Shown: one piece after another, positions 15,806 through 24,049 of the stretch
Position numbering within the stretch: the stretch's first letter is position 1
How the letters are laid out: each line of letters begins with the position of its first letter
IMG/VR virus record: IMGVR_UViG_3300025000_000063
Coordinates: 1-64,000 of that record
Length of the DNA stretch: 64,000 nt
Origin: a virus
Lineage: Duplodnaviria; Heunggongvirae; Uroviricota; Caudoviricetes
Direction: 5' to 3' (one strand)
Notes under the pieces: generated by a model
What the model was told of the DNA's origin: nothing
Seen by the model: only the letters and a program-made list of their open reading frames with translations
The model's database searches: none
Position numbers and translations under genes: made by a program

Positions 15806-16225
15806 TCATTCCCCCCAGTTAATAACCCAGTTCTTTTCTTTGCAAATAGCTATGATCAAATCTGAGTCTTTCATTGTTGGAGGACCGGGAACCCACAGGT
15901 CTCTTTTCTCTTGGAAAAAATGCAATCTTTCAACTTTTTTCCCGCCATATGGGCATGGGCCGCCATCCGCCCAGATATCAAACATTTCGGGCTTTGGATG
16001 CGCCCAAGCGTCTCTTCGCATAAGTTCAAGCGTGAGAGCGGGTGGCAATTTACCAAGTTGGCATCTTAATATGCTGACCGGGAAGAAAGCAAAGCTGCAC
16101 CGTTCTGCAAAGCTGCACTGTTCCGGGAAGTTTTTGATTAACGAATAATCCCCGGTAGGGCAGTGTTTGACTCTATGATAGTCAACAGGAAATAAATCAA
16201 ATTCTTTTTGTGTGTACTTTTTCAT
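15806..16225 (-). CDS. hypothetical protein (139 aa)
   Basis: ORF. Its stop overlaps the upstream Thg1-like gene. Confidence 0.45.
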   Translation of the reverse strand: MKKYTQKEFDLFPVDYHRVKHCPTGDYSLIKNFPEQCSFAERCSFAFFPVSILRCQLGKLPPALTLELMRRDAWAHPKPEMFDIWADGGPCPYGGKKVERLHFFQEKRDLWVPGPPTMKDSDLIIAICKEKNWVINWGE

Positions 16226-16926
16226 TTCACCAGCTCCTCTATAATTTCCTTGTTTTCAGTGAAAATCGCATCAGGCCTTGCAGAAATCCCCTCCGCTCCT
16301 CTAAACATAAATCCCCCGTTTTTCCATACCGGGTCGAGATCTGCCCAGTTGATTCCTTTTGTGTAGAGCAATTCATGCAGGTCCGGTGTCTTTTTGTTTT
16401 GGAGTTCCTTGTGCGGGAAATGAGCCTGGGCCAGCATTTGAATAGAATTTCTGAGCCAATCTTGTTGCCTCCAGATGAAATAATTACACACCTCTTCCTT
16501 TGGGATATTGAACACCCGGCAGTCGAATAGCCCGTCTTCGCCAAAGGTTTTTGAAAACTGAACCGAGGCCATACCCGCTGCGACTGAACACATTTTTTGG
16601 ATATTGTAATCAAACCATGCCTCGGTTGTTAACAGTTCGTAGTCTGTCAATAATAAGGAGATTTCATCTGATTGAACGTAGGCGCATTTAGCGCCCTGTA
16701 CTTTCGCTAAAAGGGTCAAAGCGGTTGAGCCCATACACTGTCTGAACATATCGTCAAAAGGTTTGTTGCATTGACGAGTCAGCGTGTGAAAGGCCTTGCC
16801 GTCCAGTCGCATTATGACTGGCGTTCGCCGGGTGAGTTTTAACCGGTAGCGGTCTTCATAATTCTTTTTCATTCTGTCGCCTAAACTGTCATTCTTCATA
16901 TAAACCCCCTTTCCTTCGCCAACCAT
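16222..16926 (-). CDS. Thg1-like protein (tRNA-His guanylyltransferase family, 3'-5' nucleotide polymerase)
   Basis: VIMRLDGKAFH and VQSDEISLLL match the two catalytic aspartate-containing motifs of Thg1/TLP ([VI]V[VI]R.DGR.FH and GQSDEYSF). The C-terminal region, YFIWRQQDWLRNSIQ, also resembles the family. The true start is probably MKNDS at about 16899. Confidence 0.7.
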   Translation of the reverse strand: MVGEGKGVYMKNDSLGDRMKKNYEDRYRLKLTRRTPVIMRLDGKAFHTLTRQCNKPFDDMFRQCMGSTALTLLAKVQGAKCAYVQSDEISLLLTDYELLTTEAWFDYNIQKMCSVAAGMASVQFSKTFGEDGLFDCRVFNIPKEEVCNYFIWRQQDWLRNSIQMLAQAHFPHKELQNKKTPDLHELLYTKGINWADLDPVWKNGGFMFRGAEGISARPDAIFTENKEIIEELVK

Positions 16927-17162
16927 TCCGGCATTGTTATTTCCACGGCCTCACCGACCTCCACAGGGTCAGAAACTTCGATTTGGCTTTTGGGTATCCA
17001 TACAGCGTCGTCTTTATTGCCTGTCTCGGAAACAAGGTACGAACGCTCTGTTTCATGATGAATTTCTAAGGTGATTTCGATGTTACTCACGATTGCTCTC
17101 CTTCCATAAAGATCTGAATTTTTCCAGCTTCTCCGCTGGGATAGACACCTGGGCCAGCTCAT
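16896..17162 (-). CDS. hypothetical protein (88 aa)
   Basis: ORF in the operon. Confidence 0.4.
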   Translation of the reverse strand: MSWPRCLSQRRSWKNSDLYGRRAIVSNIEITLEIHHETERSYLVSETGNKDDAVWIPKSQIEVSDPVEVGEAVEITMPEWLAKERGFI

Positions 17163-17304
17163 ACCGCGATATGTCCGCCTGAGTTACTTTGATCATTTTC
17201 GGGTCTGTTTCATTGAACAGTTCCGTGAACTGTTTTTGGGTTAAGCCGAGTTTTAACCGGATCAACCTTATTTCATAGCCTATTTTTTTCTTGATGTCAC
17301 ACAT
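17083..17304 (-). CDS. XRE-family helix-turn-helix transcriptional regulator (Cro/CI-like)
   Basis: IRLKLGLTQKQFTELFN...ISRYE is a classic XRE HTH. The gene is adjacent to the divergent promoter region. Confidence 0.6.
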   Translation of the reverse strand: MCDIKKKIGYEIRLIRLKLGLTQKQFTELFNETDPKMIKVTQADISRYELAQVSIPAEKLEKFRSLWKESNRE

Positions 17305-17545
17305 TCTTTTTCTCCTTTTCGTTTTGCATTTTCCCTATAAGATCCCAAACATCTGTTTCGTGTACGTAGTTCCAATTGCCGTCTTTTTTGCCTTCTTCAT
17401 TGAAAGGCCGAATCTGCTTTCGGTCTTTGACGAATTTATAAGGGTTAAATTCTTTATCCTTCTGTAAGAGGTTTTCGTATTCCTTTTTTGTATCGGGATC
17501 TTTGAGAGCTTCTGCTTTGAAACTTTTGTAACTTAAATCGTTCAT
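17297..17545 (-). CDS. hypothetical protein (82 aa), first gene of the leftward operon
   Basis: ORF with an AGGAGAAGGAA RBS. Confidence 0.45.
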   Translation of the reverse strand: MNDLSYKSFKAEALKDPDTKKEYENLLQKDKEFNPYKFVKDRKQIRPFNEEGKKDGNWNYVHETDVWDLIGKMQNEKEKKNV

Positions 17546-17584
17546 TTCCTTCTCCTTTATATAGTTAAGGGTTTGCCATCAGGT

Positions 17585-17700
17585 GTACAGTATAAAAATA
17601 CTCGTGTCAAGAGTATTTAAAATATTTTATGGAAAGAAAAAAAACTCTTGACACGAGTATTTTAGGTCTATAATATACATCTCACGAGTAAGCCGTAGAC
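17585..17700. promoter_or_regulatory. divergent promoter/operator region: an inverted pair of 21 bp sites, AATACTCGTGTCAAGAGTATT / AATACTCTTGACACGAGTATT, and a consensus rightward promoter TTGACA-N17-TAATAT (TATAAT overlapping)
   Basis: The sites are at 17595-17620 and 17650-17672. The rightward -35/-10 elements are at 17655-17690. The leftward copy also embeds TTGACA on the minus strand. Confidence 0.6.
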
Positions 17701-17740
17701 CTCGTTAATGGGGAGCGGGCCAACAACAAAGGAGAAAATT

Positions 17741-19732
17741 ATGGATTTTAACATTTTTAAAAAGGCAATGGAATCCCAGTTTGCAAAAATGACCGGGGAG
17801 TTTTTTGTAACTGACGTGGACAAAGATGAGATGTGGAATCTTTATCTCAACAGTTTCCCTCCTGGAACAAACGAAATTTACAGAACAAGACGGGAGTATG
17901 ACTGCCAATGCTGTAAGCAGTTTATCCGGGCCTGCGGTAATGTTATTTCGTTTTCAAGCGGAGAGAGGATGTCTATCTGGGATGTTCAAGTGGATGGCGC
18001 TTTTAAAGTGGTTGCCGAAGCCATGTCAAGATTCGTTAAGGCTGCGCCGGTTAAAAACGTTTTCCGGTATTTCCAAAACAGAGTCGGAACTGACCACAAT
18101 GTTCAGATGGGCGAGGAAGGGAGAATGATAACTTGGAACCATTTTTCACTTGATTTGCCCGCGAGCGTTGTCCGGCCTGCGGACTCAATTGATTCTTTGA
18201 TCGGTGAAATTCGTAGCAGTCAGGAAGTGTTTTTCAGGGGGCTCAATGAAATAACTGTTGAAGCTCTGGAAACGGTTCTGGAATTGATCGCTCAGAATTC
18301 TCTTTACCGGGGGGAAGAACATCAGGCGGCGGTAAAAGCTTTTTCCAAGCTCAAAAAAGAATTCGATAAAAGCGCCGAAAAAATTGATTTTTCATGGATT
18401 CACTCCGGTGCAAAATGCGCCAGAATTCGGAACACTGCAATAGGAACTCTTCTGGTTGATATTTCTAACGACATGCCGCTGGATCAGGCCGTCAGGATGT
18501 TTGAATCGAAAGTCGCCCCGGCCAATTACAAACGTCCTACCGCCCTTGTTACCAAAGGCATGATTGAAAAAGCCCAGAAAACGGTGGAAGAACTGGGCAT
18601 TGAATCTGCTTTAAAACGTCGGTTCGCTGTTGAGCAGGATCTGACCATTAATAACATTCTGTTTGCGGACAGGGCCACCAAAGTTTCCATGAACGTGTTT
18701 GATGACCTGAAAGACGACGTTTCCGTACCAGTGAAGTCGTTGGAGAAAGTCGAAGAGGTCAGTGTCGGGGCGTTTGTTGAGAGCATTCTCCCCCAAGCAT
18801 CCAGTATATCTCTTTTGTTTGAAAACAGGCATTGCGGGAACCTGGTGTCTCTGATTTCCCCGTGCGATCTTGCTGCCAAAAATATTTTCAAATGGAAAAA
18901 CAATTTCTCCTGGTCGTATAAAGGGGAGTTTGCCGACTCGATTAAAGAAAGAGTGAAGGCCGCCGGCGGGAGTGTTACCGGGGATTTACGACTGTCCATT
19001 GGCTGGTTCAATTATGATGATCTGGACAATCATCTGGTAGAACCAGGAACATTCCATATCTATTTTCCATCAAGTAACCGAGTTAACCCCATCTCTTTGG
19101 GGCAACTCGACGTAGACATGAACGCAATGAGTGGTAAATCCAGATCCGCCGTTGAAAACATAACTTACCCGGAAAAGAGGAGGATACAGGAGGGGTACTA
19201 TACTTGGTTCGTTAACCAGTTTACCAGGAGAGAAACTGTAGATGTGGGTTTCACTGCTGAAATGGAGTTTGAGGGAAAGATTTACACATTCAATTACCCT
19301 AAAGCGGTTGTGGGCAATGTTATCGTGGCAAAGTTTAAATACTCTCACACAAACGGGATAGAGATCCTTGAGTCTCTTCCATCAACAGAAACCTCTAAAA
19401 TTGAATGGTGTTTGTCTACCCAGAAATTCCATGACGTTTCGATGATTATGAACTCTCCAAACCATTGGGATGGTAACGAAACAGGCAATAAACATTATTT
19501 TTTCATGCTTAAGGGATGTAAAAACGTTGATTCAGCCCGGGGTTTTTACAACGAGTTTTTGAACGAGGGGTTAACAGAACACCGGAAAGTATTCGAAATT
19601 TTAGGATCTAAAATGAAAGTAGAACCCTCGGATAACCAATTGAGCGGGTTGGGCTTTTCTTCCACTCAAAGAAATCATGTTTTCTGCAAAGTCGCAGGAA
19701 ACTTTACCAGAACAATTAAAATCGTATTTTAA
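17741..19732 (+). CDS. large hypothetical protein (663 aa), first gene of the rightward operon
   Basis: AAAGGAGAAAATT RBS before ATG 17741. I recognise no family. An N-terminal Cys cluster, CQCCKQFIRAC, is present. Confidence 0.55.
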   Translation: MDFNIFKKAMESQFAKMTGEFFVTDVDKDEMWNLYLNSFPPGTNEIYRTRREYDCQCCKQFIRACGNVISFSSGERMSIWDVQVDGAFKVVAEAMSRFVKAAPVKNVFRYFQNRVGTDHNVQMGEEGRMITWNHFSLDLPASVVRPADSIDSLIGEIRSSQEVFFRGLNEITVEALETVLELIAQNSLYRGEEHQAAVKAFSKLKKEFDKSAEKIDFSWIHSGAKCARIRNTAIGTLLVDISNDMPLDQAVRMFESKVAPANYKRPTALVTKGMIEKAQKTVEELGIESALKRRFAVEQDLTINNILFADRATKVSMNVFDDLKDDVSVPVKSLEKVEEVSVGAFVESILPQASSISLLFENRHCGNLVSLISPCDLAAKNIFKWKNNFSWSYKGEFADSIKERVKAAGGSVTGDLRLSIGWFNYDDLDNHLVEPGTFHIYFPSSNRVNPISLGQLDVDMNAMSGKSRSAVENITYPEKRRIQEGYYTWFVNQFTRRETVDVGFTAEMEFEGKIYTFNYPKAVVGNVIVAKFKYSHTNGIEILESLPSTETSKIEWCLSTQKFHDVSMIMNSPNHWDGNETGNKHYFFMLKGCKNVDSARGFYNEFLNEGLTEHRKVFEILGSKMKVEPSDNQLSGLGFSSTQRNHVFCKVAGNFTRTIKIVF

Positions 19733-19743
19733 GGAGAACCATC

Positions 19744-20157
19744 ATGTTTATTATGGCAGCGAAGAAAAAATTCCGTTTTGAGACACCCAAAGGTTTTTTG
19801 ACCGTCGAAGATCTGTTTGATTGCCCCTTGATCAGCCGGAGCGGTACTGGTGTGTCTTTAGATAACATCGCCAAAGGCATTCATCGGCAGCTCAAGGCCA
19901 CGGAAGATGAGAGCTTTGTTCTGGCCTCCAGTAAAAAAGATACTGAACTGGAAACAAAGCTGGAAATCGTGAAATACGTTATCGCTGAAAAGAAAGCAGA
20001 ACTGAAGCGCCGGGAAACCTTGGCCGCGAACAAGGCTAAGAGGGAAAAGATTCTCGAAATCATAGCCTCTAAGGAAGACGATGGCCTGCGTCAGTCCGGC
20101 GTGGATGACTTGAAGAAAATGTTGGCCGAGATGGAAGCTGTGGAAAATAACGCTTAA
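19744..20157 (+). CDS. hypothetical protein (137 aa, Lys/Glu-rich coiled-coil C-terminus)
   Basis: ORF with a GGAGAACC RBS. Confidence 0.5.
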   Translation: MFIMAAKKKFRFETPKGFLTVEDLFDCPLISRSGTGVSLDNIAKGIHRQLKATEDESFVLASSKKDTELETKLEIVKYVIAEKKAELKRRETLAANKAKREKILEIIASKEDDGLRQSGVDDLKKMLAEMEAVENNA

Positions 20158-20163
20158 GAAGGT

Positions 20164-20200
20164 GAAAGGCTCTCCTCGGCTAATTTTTAAAGGAGAGCCT
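20164..20200 (+). other. perfect 11 bp-stem hairpin (AAGGCTCTCCT / AGGAGAGCCTT) right after the stop of 19744-20157, with no T-tract
   Basis: Seen directly. It could be an RNA stability or attenuator element rather than an intrinsic terminator. Confidence 0.4.
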
Positions 20201-20251
20201 TAAAAACAAAGCCGGAATAAAACGGGAAACCGTGAAAGTGAAGGTGTTTTG

Positions 20252-20422
20252 ATGGCTAAGATAGAAGTTCAGAAGACTAAGACTTACACTCTGCATTTAA
20301 ACGAGGCTGAGTTAGCTTTTCTGTGTGATTTATGCGAGAAATACTGGAAGACGTATCCAAGCAGCCTTAATGAGGCCGCAAAGAGTGTTGCGAGGGTTAT
20401 CAATGAGGGAATAAACGCTTGA
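20252..20422 (+). CDS. small hypothetical protein (56 aa)
   Basis: ATG 20252. Its stop TGA overlaps the TTG start of the SNF2 gene (TTGA). Confidence 0.4.
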   Translation: MAKIEVQKTKTYTLHLNEAELAFLCDLCEKYWKTYPSSLNEAAKSVARVINEGINA

Positions 20423-21981
20423 TCGCCTTCAACCAAAAACATAACCTTTTTATTTGGTCCGGTCGGTATGAAGACCGGCATAATCCCCAAAAAGCCGGGT
20501 TCACTTGGCATGAAGAGGGAAAAGCTTGGGTCACGCCGTCGGTCTATATTGCCTGCCAGCTTTATGGACAGTGCGACAATCTCGCAAAGCAAAGGCTTTC
20601 CAGGGTTGTCCGCAATATCAAAATGTCGGCTGTTCATGAAGAAGACCCTTTGTCGATTTTCCGGATTCCTCTTCCCCCAGGAAAAGCCCTCTACCCTTTT
20701 CAAGCTTCTGGGATAGAACACCTTGTGACTCAGTTACGGTCTGGCAGGAAGGCAGTAGCGTGTTTTGACGAGCAAGGTCTTGGTAAAACTGTTCAGGCAA
20801 TAGGGATTGCAAATGTTTTGGGTTTAAGTAAACTTGCGGTTGTTTGCCCTGCTCATCTTCGGTTGAATTGGGAAAAAGAAATAAACGGGTGGCATTTTTT
20901 CAATAAAGGCGTGAAGGTAATTTTAAAAGGGTCTGACAGTTTTGATTATGCTCAGTCCTGTGTTGTTTCTTACGAGCTTTGTCATAAGATAAAAGATTTC
21001 AATCCAGAGCTTCTTATATTGGATGAAATTCATTATGTCAAAACTCCTGGAACAAAGAGAACCACGGCCGTCCTCGGTAATGTTGAAAAAAATATCAAAG
21101 GTTTGGTCATGGATACCAGAACGATCTTTATAGACGGAACTCCTTTACCCAACGGCAAACCCAACGAACTTTGGCCGATCCTTTTTAAAACGGCGCCGGA
21201 TGCTATCTCATACATGAAACTCTGGCCCTTTATTCAAAAATTTTGTGAGATATGGGAAGATGGTGCTGAATATAAAGTCGTCGGCGCCAAGAACAAAAAA
21301 GAGTTATTCACCCGATTGCGTGGATCAGGTTTCATTCTGCGCCGACTGAAGAAAGATGTTCTAAAAGACCTTCCCCCCAAAGTTTTTAAGATGGTTGTTT
21401 TTCCGCAGGACAGTAAGACCAGGAAGATAATTGACAAGGAATCCGAGTTCAATGAAAAAGAAATCCTTCTTCACGGCGCTCCGGTTGGAACAGTTTTGCC
21501 TGAACTCAGAAGAGAAATGGGCTTGGCTAAAGTCGAAGACTCTTTGAAATATATAACCGATCTTCTTGATGGCGGGGTAAAAAAGGTCGTAGTTTTTGGC
21601 CACCACAGGGATGTGTGCTTTGGGTTGAAAGATGGTTTGAAAAAGTATAACCCGGTAATTTATATCGGTGGTTTGAGTGACAAGGCAAAAATGTTGGCTG
21701 AATCAGTCTTTCAAACGGATTCGAGATGTCGGGTATTTATCGGCAACGAAGCGGCGGAAGAAGGAATAACTTTGACGGCCGCCCAGAACTTAATCGATGT
21801 GGAGCCGGAATGGGTTCCCGGAAAAAGCGACCAAAGGTATGACCGTCTGCACAGAATAACCCAAACAGGCAGCGTGGTTATCCATATTTTAGTCGTTGAG
21901 GGTTCACTGGATGCAAAGATACTCGGCTCCGCTGCAAACAAGAAAAAAGATAGCAAGGAGGTGTTGGATGGACAGCATTAA
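20419..21981 (+). CDS. SNF2-family DEAD/DEAH-box helicase (TTG start)
   Basis: FDEQGLGKTVQAIG is motif I. LILDEIHYVK is a DEIH motif II. The helicase-C block reads QTDSRCRVFIGNEAAEEGITLTAAQNLIDVEPEWVPGKSDQRYDRLHRITQT. Confidence 0.7.
   Translation: MIAFNQKHNLFIWSGRYEDRHNPQKAGFTWHEEGKAWVTPSVYIACQLYGQCDNLAKQRLSRVVRNIKMSAVHEEDPLSIFRIPLPPGKALYPFQASGIEHLVTQLRSGRKAVACFDEQGLGKTVQAIGIANVLGLSKLAVVCPAHLRLNWEKEINGWHFFNKGVKVILKGSDSFDYAQSCVVSYELCHKIKDFNPELLILDEIHYVKTPGTKRTTAVLGNVEKNIKGLVMDTRTIFIDGTPLPNGKPNELWPILFKTAPDAISYMKLWPFIQKFCEIWEDGAEYKVVGAKNKKELFTRLRGSGFILRRLKKDVLKDLPPKVFKMVVFPQDSKTRKIIDKESEFNEKEILLHGAPVGTVLPELRREMGLAKVEDSLKYITDLLDGGVKKVVVFGHHRDVCFGLKDGLKKYNPVIYIGGLSDKAKMLAESVFQTDSRCRVFIGNEAAEEGITLTAAQNLIDVEPEWVPGKSDQRYDRLHRITQTGSVVIHILVVEGSLDAKILGSAANKKKDSKEVLDGQH
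21953..21972 (+). repeat. 20 bp direct repeat GCAAGGAGGTGTTGGATGGA (copy 1). It contains an RBS and a start codon.
   Basis: An identical copy lies at 22323-22342. Both flank the 21967-22351 gene. Confidence 0.6.
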
Positions 21982-22351
21982 AACTGGAAGCCGGTGGCGT
22001 CGCCCCGGGTACTCAAAAGACAAAGGGCCTTATAATGGGTACACTGTTTTGTTTGTAACGAATACTAAAAATTTGAGCGATTTTCACCCGCCCCAAGTCG
22101 TATACCGGGGCGACAATGGAGGAAATTGGAGTATGCCTCTTTCAGATTGGCCTGGAAAGCTTATCCCTGAAGAACGGGTTGGTGGCCATGTGCTTTATTC
22201 GAAAGAAGATTTTGAAGATGAAAACCCCCATAATATTGAAGCTGTGGCTGATTTAGTCTGTAATGGCGGGTTAGGTATTTGTATGTTTTGTCTGGCGGCT
22301 GAATCGGAACTTGATTACCCTTGCAAGGAGGTGTTGGATGGAAAAAGTTGA
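21967..22351 (+). CDS. hypothetical protein (128 aa) flanked by 20 bp direct repeats
   Basis: ATG 21967 lies within repeat copy 1. The C-terminus has VCNGGLGICMFC. Confidence 0.45.
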
Positions 22352-22369
22352 GAAGGGGGAGAATAAAAA

Positions 22370-23014
22370 ATGAGTAGCCTATATTGGGATGATTTTGAAA
22401 GACGTATATCTGAAACTGTTTCAGCCGTTAATTCAAAAACCAAACCCCCGGTCAGGCGTGTGGCTGTTTTTATAACGAACCGGTGTAATTTCAGGTGTCA
22501 TTACTGCAATGTAAACCAAAACGAAAAAACATTATCCGAAGAAGCTTTTAATGGCATCATTAATCGCTACGGGAGTGGCGCGATAATCCATATAACTGGT
22601 GGTGAGCCTTCCGTTGTTCCTTGGTTATACTCTTATATGGAAAACAGAAAGGATGTCCGGTTTCATTTAAATACTAACGCCTATTTAGCTCCTCCTAAAA
22701 ACATTAAAAGGTTAAAAGTTTCACTGGACACTCAGTATAAAGATTATTTTAATTTTTTAATTGGGGTTAATTTTAACGCTTTCGATTCGGTGGTGGAAAA
22801 TATAAGGCAAGCGTGTAAAAATACGGTTGTCAGTATAACCTATACTTTGACAAAAGAAAACCATAAGGATTCCGTTGAATTCGCCAAATGGGCGTTAAAA
22901 CAATTCCCCGGTCTATACGCTGTTTTTTTCAGTGTTTACAAAGGAGATAATAAGAGGTTTAAGTTTGATGATTTGTCAGTTAAAGTTTTTTTAATCAGGT
23001 GTTACCTAAGTTGA
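22370..23014 (+). CDS. radical SAM enzyme, N-terminal core (CxxxCxxC = CNFRCHYC; ITGGEP SAM-binding motif)
   Basis: VAVFITNRCNFRCHYC and IIHITGGEPSVVP are present. The frame ends just after the slippery run TTTTTTA at 22987-22993. Confidence 0.65.
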   Translation: MSSLYWDDFERRISETVSAVNSKTKPPVRRVAVFITNRCNFRCHYCNVNQNEKTLSEEAFNGIINRYGSGAIIHITGGEPSVVPWLYSYMENRKDVRFHLNTNAYLAPPKNIKRLKVSLDTQYKDYFNFLIGVNFNAFDSVVENIRQACKNTVVSITYTLTKENHKDSVEFAKWALKQFPGLYAVFFSVYKGDNKRFKFDDLSVKVFLIRCYLS

Positions 23015-23310
23015 AAAAGAGCCTGAACCCTGAGAGCTTGGAACTTATTAATGAAACAATAGATGAAAAGCTTAGGCTTATACAGGGGGTTAGATTCCCT
23101 GAGAATAAAAGAGAAAACTCGTGCTATATCTCTATGTCTGAAAGAGTAATTTCACCCTCTGGAGAAATCTTCAGGTGTTCTCATTTATACCGGGATAAAA
23201 TTAACCATAAAGACAGCGAAAAACATGAAAAATGTTTGTATGGGTGCAACAGAAGATTAATAAGTTTTAATGAGGAAGTTGAAAGGAGGATAAAACGTGT
23301 ATATTTATGA
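22984..23310 (+). CDS. C-terminal Cys-rich (SPASM/twitch-like) continuation of the radical SAM gene, in the -1 frame
   Basis: The frame is open from 22984, and the table ORF 22999-23310 starts at GTG. Five Cys lie in CYISMSERVISPSGEIFRCSHL...KCLYGCNRR. The combined length of about 315 aa is typical for a radical SAM protein. Confidence 0.45.
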   Translation, partial: SFFNQVLPKLKKSLNPESLELINETIDEKLRLIQGVRFPENKRENSCYISMSERVISPSGEIFRCSHLYRDKINHKDSEKHEKCLYGCNRRLISFNEEVERRIKRVYL

Positions 23311-23361
23311 CAAGCAAAAGAACGAGATAGCTGGAAAAACAGCTTTTAAGGAAGGCTTATA

Positions 23362-23841
23362 ATGCCAGAACAACAGATATGGTACGTCTGTGAAGAATGC
23401 GGCTGCCGGGTCCCTCAGTCGGGCATGACGAAAATTAAATCCGGTCCTGATTTCGTCTTCAGGTGCGCGAAGCACTTGACCAAAGTTGATCACCGGGAAG
23501 CGACATGCCTGTGGCCTGGATGTACTGAGATTTTCAGTCAGTCAAGGAGCGGTTATATTTCAAAGTTCTGCCCCAAGCACAGAAAAACGAACGCTGTGAA
23601 AGTAGCCCAGGAATATCGGGAAAACCACTCTGAGACTTTTGGGATTAGAATTAAAAAGCGGTCTATGAAGCTTTATGACCCGTCGAAGATACATTGCGCT
23701 AACCGGTTGGAATGCTGTGGCAAGTACGACGGCTACGCATGTTTACCCTGTAAAAACTGCCGGGATTATCGGCTTGAGCACGGTAATGTTGACCCGATGG
23801 CTATGAGGCGGGATGGGGAAGCATCAAGGTTGTGTTTATAA
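23362..23841 (+). CDS. Cys-rich zinc-finger protein (159 aa)
   Basis: Several CxxC pairs. AAGGAAGGCTTATAATG RBS. Confidence 0.5.
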   Translation: MPEQQIWYVCEECGCRVPQSGMTKIKSGPDFVFRCAKHLTKVDHREATCLWPGCTEIFSQSRSGYISKFCPKHRKTNAVKVAQEYRENHSETFGIRIKKRSMKLYDPSKIHCANRLECCGKYDGYACLPCKNCRDYRLEHGNVDPMAMRRDGEASRLCL

Positions 23842-23854
23842 ATAAGGAGGAAAC

Positions 23855-24049
23855 ATGAAAATTTATTGTTGGCTTGTAGGATTGGCTATTATTATTGGGT
23901 TATTGATCGGCGTGGTTTTGCCAGGCTTGATCTCGTCAAATAGCTCGGAATTGTTTTTGATTGGGGTGGTTTTGATAATCGTATCAATCCCGCTCGTTTA
24001 TTTCATAGGAAAGAAAATATATAAGGAGATTCAAAATGCAAAGATTTAA
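23855..24049 (+). CDS. small two-TM membrane protein (possible NfeD-like partner of the SPFH protein)
   Basis: Hydrophobic, 64 aa. Its stop overlaps the SPFH start. Confidence 0.4.
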   Translation: MKIYCWLVGLAIIIGLLIGVVLPGLISSNSSELFLIGVVLIIVSIPLVYFIGKKIYKEIQNAKI

